From positions 928,001-992,000 of the forward strand of contig CAWGED010000019.1 of the NCBI GenBank assembly GCA_963821525.1: a DNA stretch of 64,000 bases, given 5' to 3'. The stretch is from an uncultured Gemmatimonadales bacterium. Lineage in GTDB: Bacteria > Gemmatimonadota > Gemmatimonadetes > Gemmatimonadales > GWC2-71-9. Below, one piece after another: positions 59,909-64,000 of this stretch. The notes beneath the pieces are model-generated. The model was not told where the DNA came from and searched no databases. It saw only the letters and a list, made by a program, of their open reading frames with translations. A program made the translations under genes and the position numbers. How positions within the stretch are numbered: the first letter of the stretch is position 1; the number at the start of each line of letters is the position of its first letter.

Positions 59909-60356
59909 CTCGCGGATCCGCAAGTTCGGCTGGACCATCGTCGCCGGCCTGATCGTCGCGTGCGGAGCCAAGAAGGCGACCGGCAAGGATTCCGGTGGAA
60001 AACACCCGACCGATCCCATGCAGGCGGATGCGGAAGAGCTGGGTCGGGCGCTCTTCGACGCGGTTGATCGCGTCATGTCCTACCGCAGTTCCCACCAGAA
60101 CATGCTTCCCAATTCACTCCGCACAGCAGGCATCGACAGCCTGAGCCCGACCATCGTCCTCCGCTATGGGAAGTCCGGCACATCTCCGCAGGTGACCGCC
60201 ACCTTCCGGCGTACTTCGGGCCGGCAGTTAGCCAGCTGCGAGGGGACCAACGACGTGCTCGAGGATGCCAGCCTGCATGAGGGGGCCTACACCATAACCT
60301 GCACGTTGGTTGGTGGCGGGAGCCGGGGCTTCACTGTGGGCCGCCCTTCGGAATAG
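59889..60356 (+). CDS. Hypothetical lipoprotein (start uncertain)
   Basis: RIRKFGWTIVAGLIVAC lipobox; in-frame GTG at 59889. Confidence 0.6.
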   Translation: MNSRWSSSRIRKFGWTIVAGLIVACGAKKATGKDSGGKHPTDPMQADAEELGRALFDAVDRVMSYRSSHQNMLPNSLRTAGIDSLSPTIVLRYGKSGTSPQVTATFRRTSGRQLASCEGTNDVLEDASLHEGAYTITCTLVGGGSRGFTVGRPSE

Positions 60357-60375
60357 CCTTCCATCGTACTCTCCG

Positions 60376-60945
60376 ATGATTGAAGTCATCCAGATCGCGC
60401 GACTCCTCGTCGCCGTCGTCTGCCTCGGCGCCGCGGTTGTTGGCCTGACCCACTGGGCCGTGAAGGCCAAGAAGCTGAGTCCCTTCGGCGGCTTCGCCCG
60501 AGCCATTCGCAAAGTCAGCGACCCCATCATCAAGCCGTTGGAGCGACGGATCGTCCGATCCGGTGGCAACCCGGTGAATGCGCCGTGGTGGCTGTTCTGG
60601 ATCGTGGTGATCGGCGGATTGGTCTTCCTGAGCTTGCTGCAGTGGTCTCTGGGGACCCTGGTCTCGCTGGGGTATGCCGCCCAGGCCGGGCCACGGGGAG
60701 TCCTGCGCTTCCTGGTGGATGGGCTATTCGGACTGTTGATCGCCTGCGTGTTGATCCGCGTCATCGCATCCTGGCTCGGCATCTCGAGCTACGCCAAGTG
60801 GATGAGGCCGATCGCCTTTCTTACCGACTGGCTGCTCGAGCCGCTGCGGCGACTGATACCGCCCCTCGGGATGTTCGACATCAGCCCCCTGGTCGCCTGG
60901 TTGCTCCTCATTCTCGCCCGCTCACTCGTGCTGGGCCTGCTGTAA
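60376..60945 (+). CDS. yggT: YggT family membrane protein
   Basis: Duplicated YGGT units: SDPIIKPLERRI and TDWLLEPLRRLIPP.GMFDISP. Confidence 0.9.
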   Translation: MIEVIQIARLLVAVVCLGAAVVGLTHWAVKAKKLSPFGGFARAIRKVSDPIIKPLERRIVRSGGNPVNAPWWLFWIVVIGGLVFLSLLQWSLGTLVSLGYAAQAGPRGVLRFLVDGLFGLLIACVLIRVIASWLGISSYAKWMRPIAFLTDWLLEPLRRLIPPLGMFDISPLVAWLLLILARSLVLGLL

Positions 60946-60949
60946 ACCG

Positions 60950-61243
60950 ATGCCACCGGTTGACGAAGTGCCCGGCGGCGTGAGACTCACGATTCACGCT
61001 CAGCCACGAGCGGCTCTCAACCAGGTGGTCGGACTTCACGGTGATGCGGTCAAAGTCCGTCTGACGGCGCCGCCAGTGGACGGTGCCGCGAACCAGGCCC
61101 TGGTGCAGCTGCTGTCCATGGTTCTCGGTGTCGCGCCAGCGCGAGTCCGGCTCACCGCTGGAAGTGCGGCTCGGCGGAAAATCGTCGAAATAGCCGGCCT
61201 GACCTCCAGGGAGGCACGAGAGCGGCTCGGACTTGGCGGTTAG
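60950..61243 (+). CDS. yggU: DUF167/YggU family protein
   Basis: QPRA and VRLTAPPVDGAAN motifs. Confidence 0.92.
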   Translation: MPPVDEVPGGVRLTIHAQPRAALNQVVGLHGDAVKVRLTAPPVDGAANQALVQLLSMVLGVAPARVRLTAGSAARRKIVEIAGLTSREARERLGLGG

Positions 61244-61282
61244 GTGTCTGATGGGCTATCTTAGGTGAGGTGACAATTGACG

Positions 61283-61330
61283 TCGTGGTGATTTGCGCCT
61301 ATTGCAGCCACGTTAAACAAGTGCTAAAAC
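61283..61330 (+). ncRNA. SAM-II (SAM-alpha) riboswitch
   Basis: CGTGGTGATTTGCGCCTATTGCAGCCACGTTAAACAAGTGCTAAA: P1 CGTGGT/GCCACG, pseudoknot TTTGCGC/GTGCTAAA and TTG/CAA; directly upstream of metH. Confidence 0.9.
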
Positions 61331-61336
61331 AGCCGC

Positions 61337-61368
61337 CCCCGGGTGCCGTTTTGGCCTCGGGGATTTTT
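61337..61368 (+). terminator. Riboswitch expression-platform hairpin with a U-tract
   Basis: CCCCGGG-T-GCC-GTTTT-GGC-CTCGGGG followed by ATTTTT. Confidence 0.65.
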
Positions 61369-61375
61369 CATCATT

Positions 61376-64000
<2,625 letters not shown>

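Overview
GC-rich bacterial chromosomal segment of mostly housekeeping and accessory genes. The gene mix suggests Gemmatimonadota, but that is an inference. No rRNA, tRNA, CRISPR array, transposase or phage genes were recognised. Left to right: MIP channel; STAS-receiver-ccmABCD behind a sigma54-type promoter; acs; DsbA-VKOR-kup; a catalytically dead-looking AdoMetDC-fold protein; an M16 peptidase; TetR-TolC-EmrAB efflux; a PLP decarboxylase; a sensor kinase and sigma54 activator directly upstream of pqqABCDE (pqqA found by hand, with enhancer-like palindromes and a -24/-12 promoter); a PAS kinase-NarL pair; cysK; pruA; an HTH-TOBE regulator with modABC; a carboxy(nor)spermidine synthase-like gene behind a highly structured ~190-nt leader with an anti-SD switch; mgtE; a chemosensory cluster with a HEAT-repeat protein; a JAB-like lipoprotein; an acyl-ACP desaturase; yggT-yggU; and a SAM-II riboswitch with a terminator/antiterminator platform ahead of metH (runs off the end). 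Five intergenic elements share 7-nt periodicity and inverted arms despite having different unit sequences. Ten frameshifts in nine genes, each repairable by deleting one base, look like assembly errors. Best novelty candidates: the polyamine-gene leader RNA, the AdoMetDC pseudoenzyme, the heptamer elements and the sigma54-controlled pqq operon.
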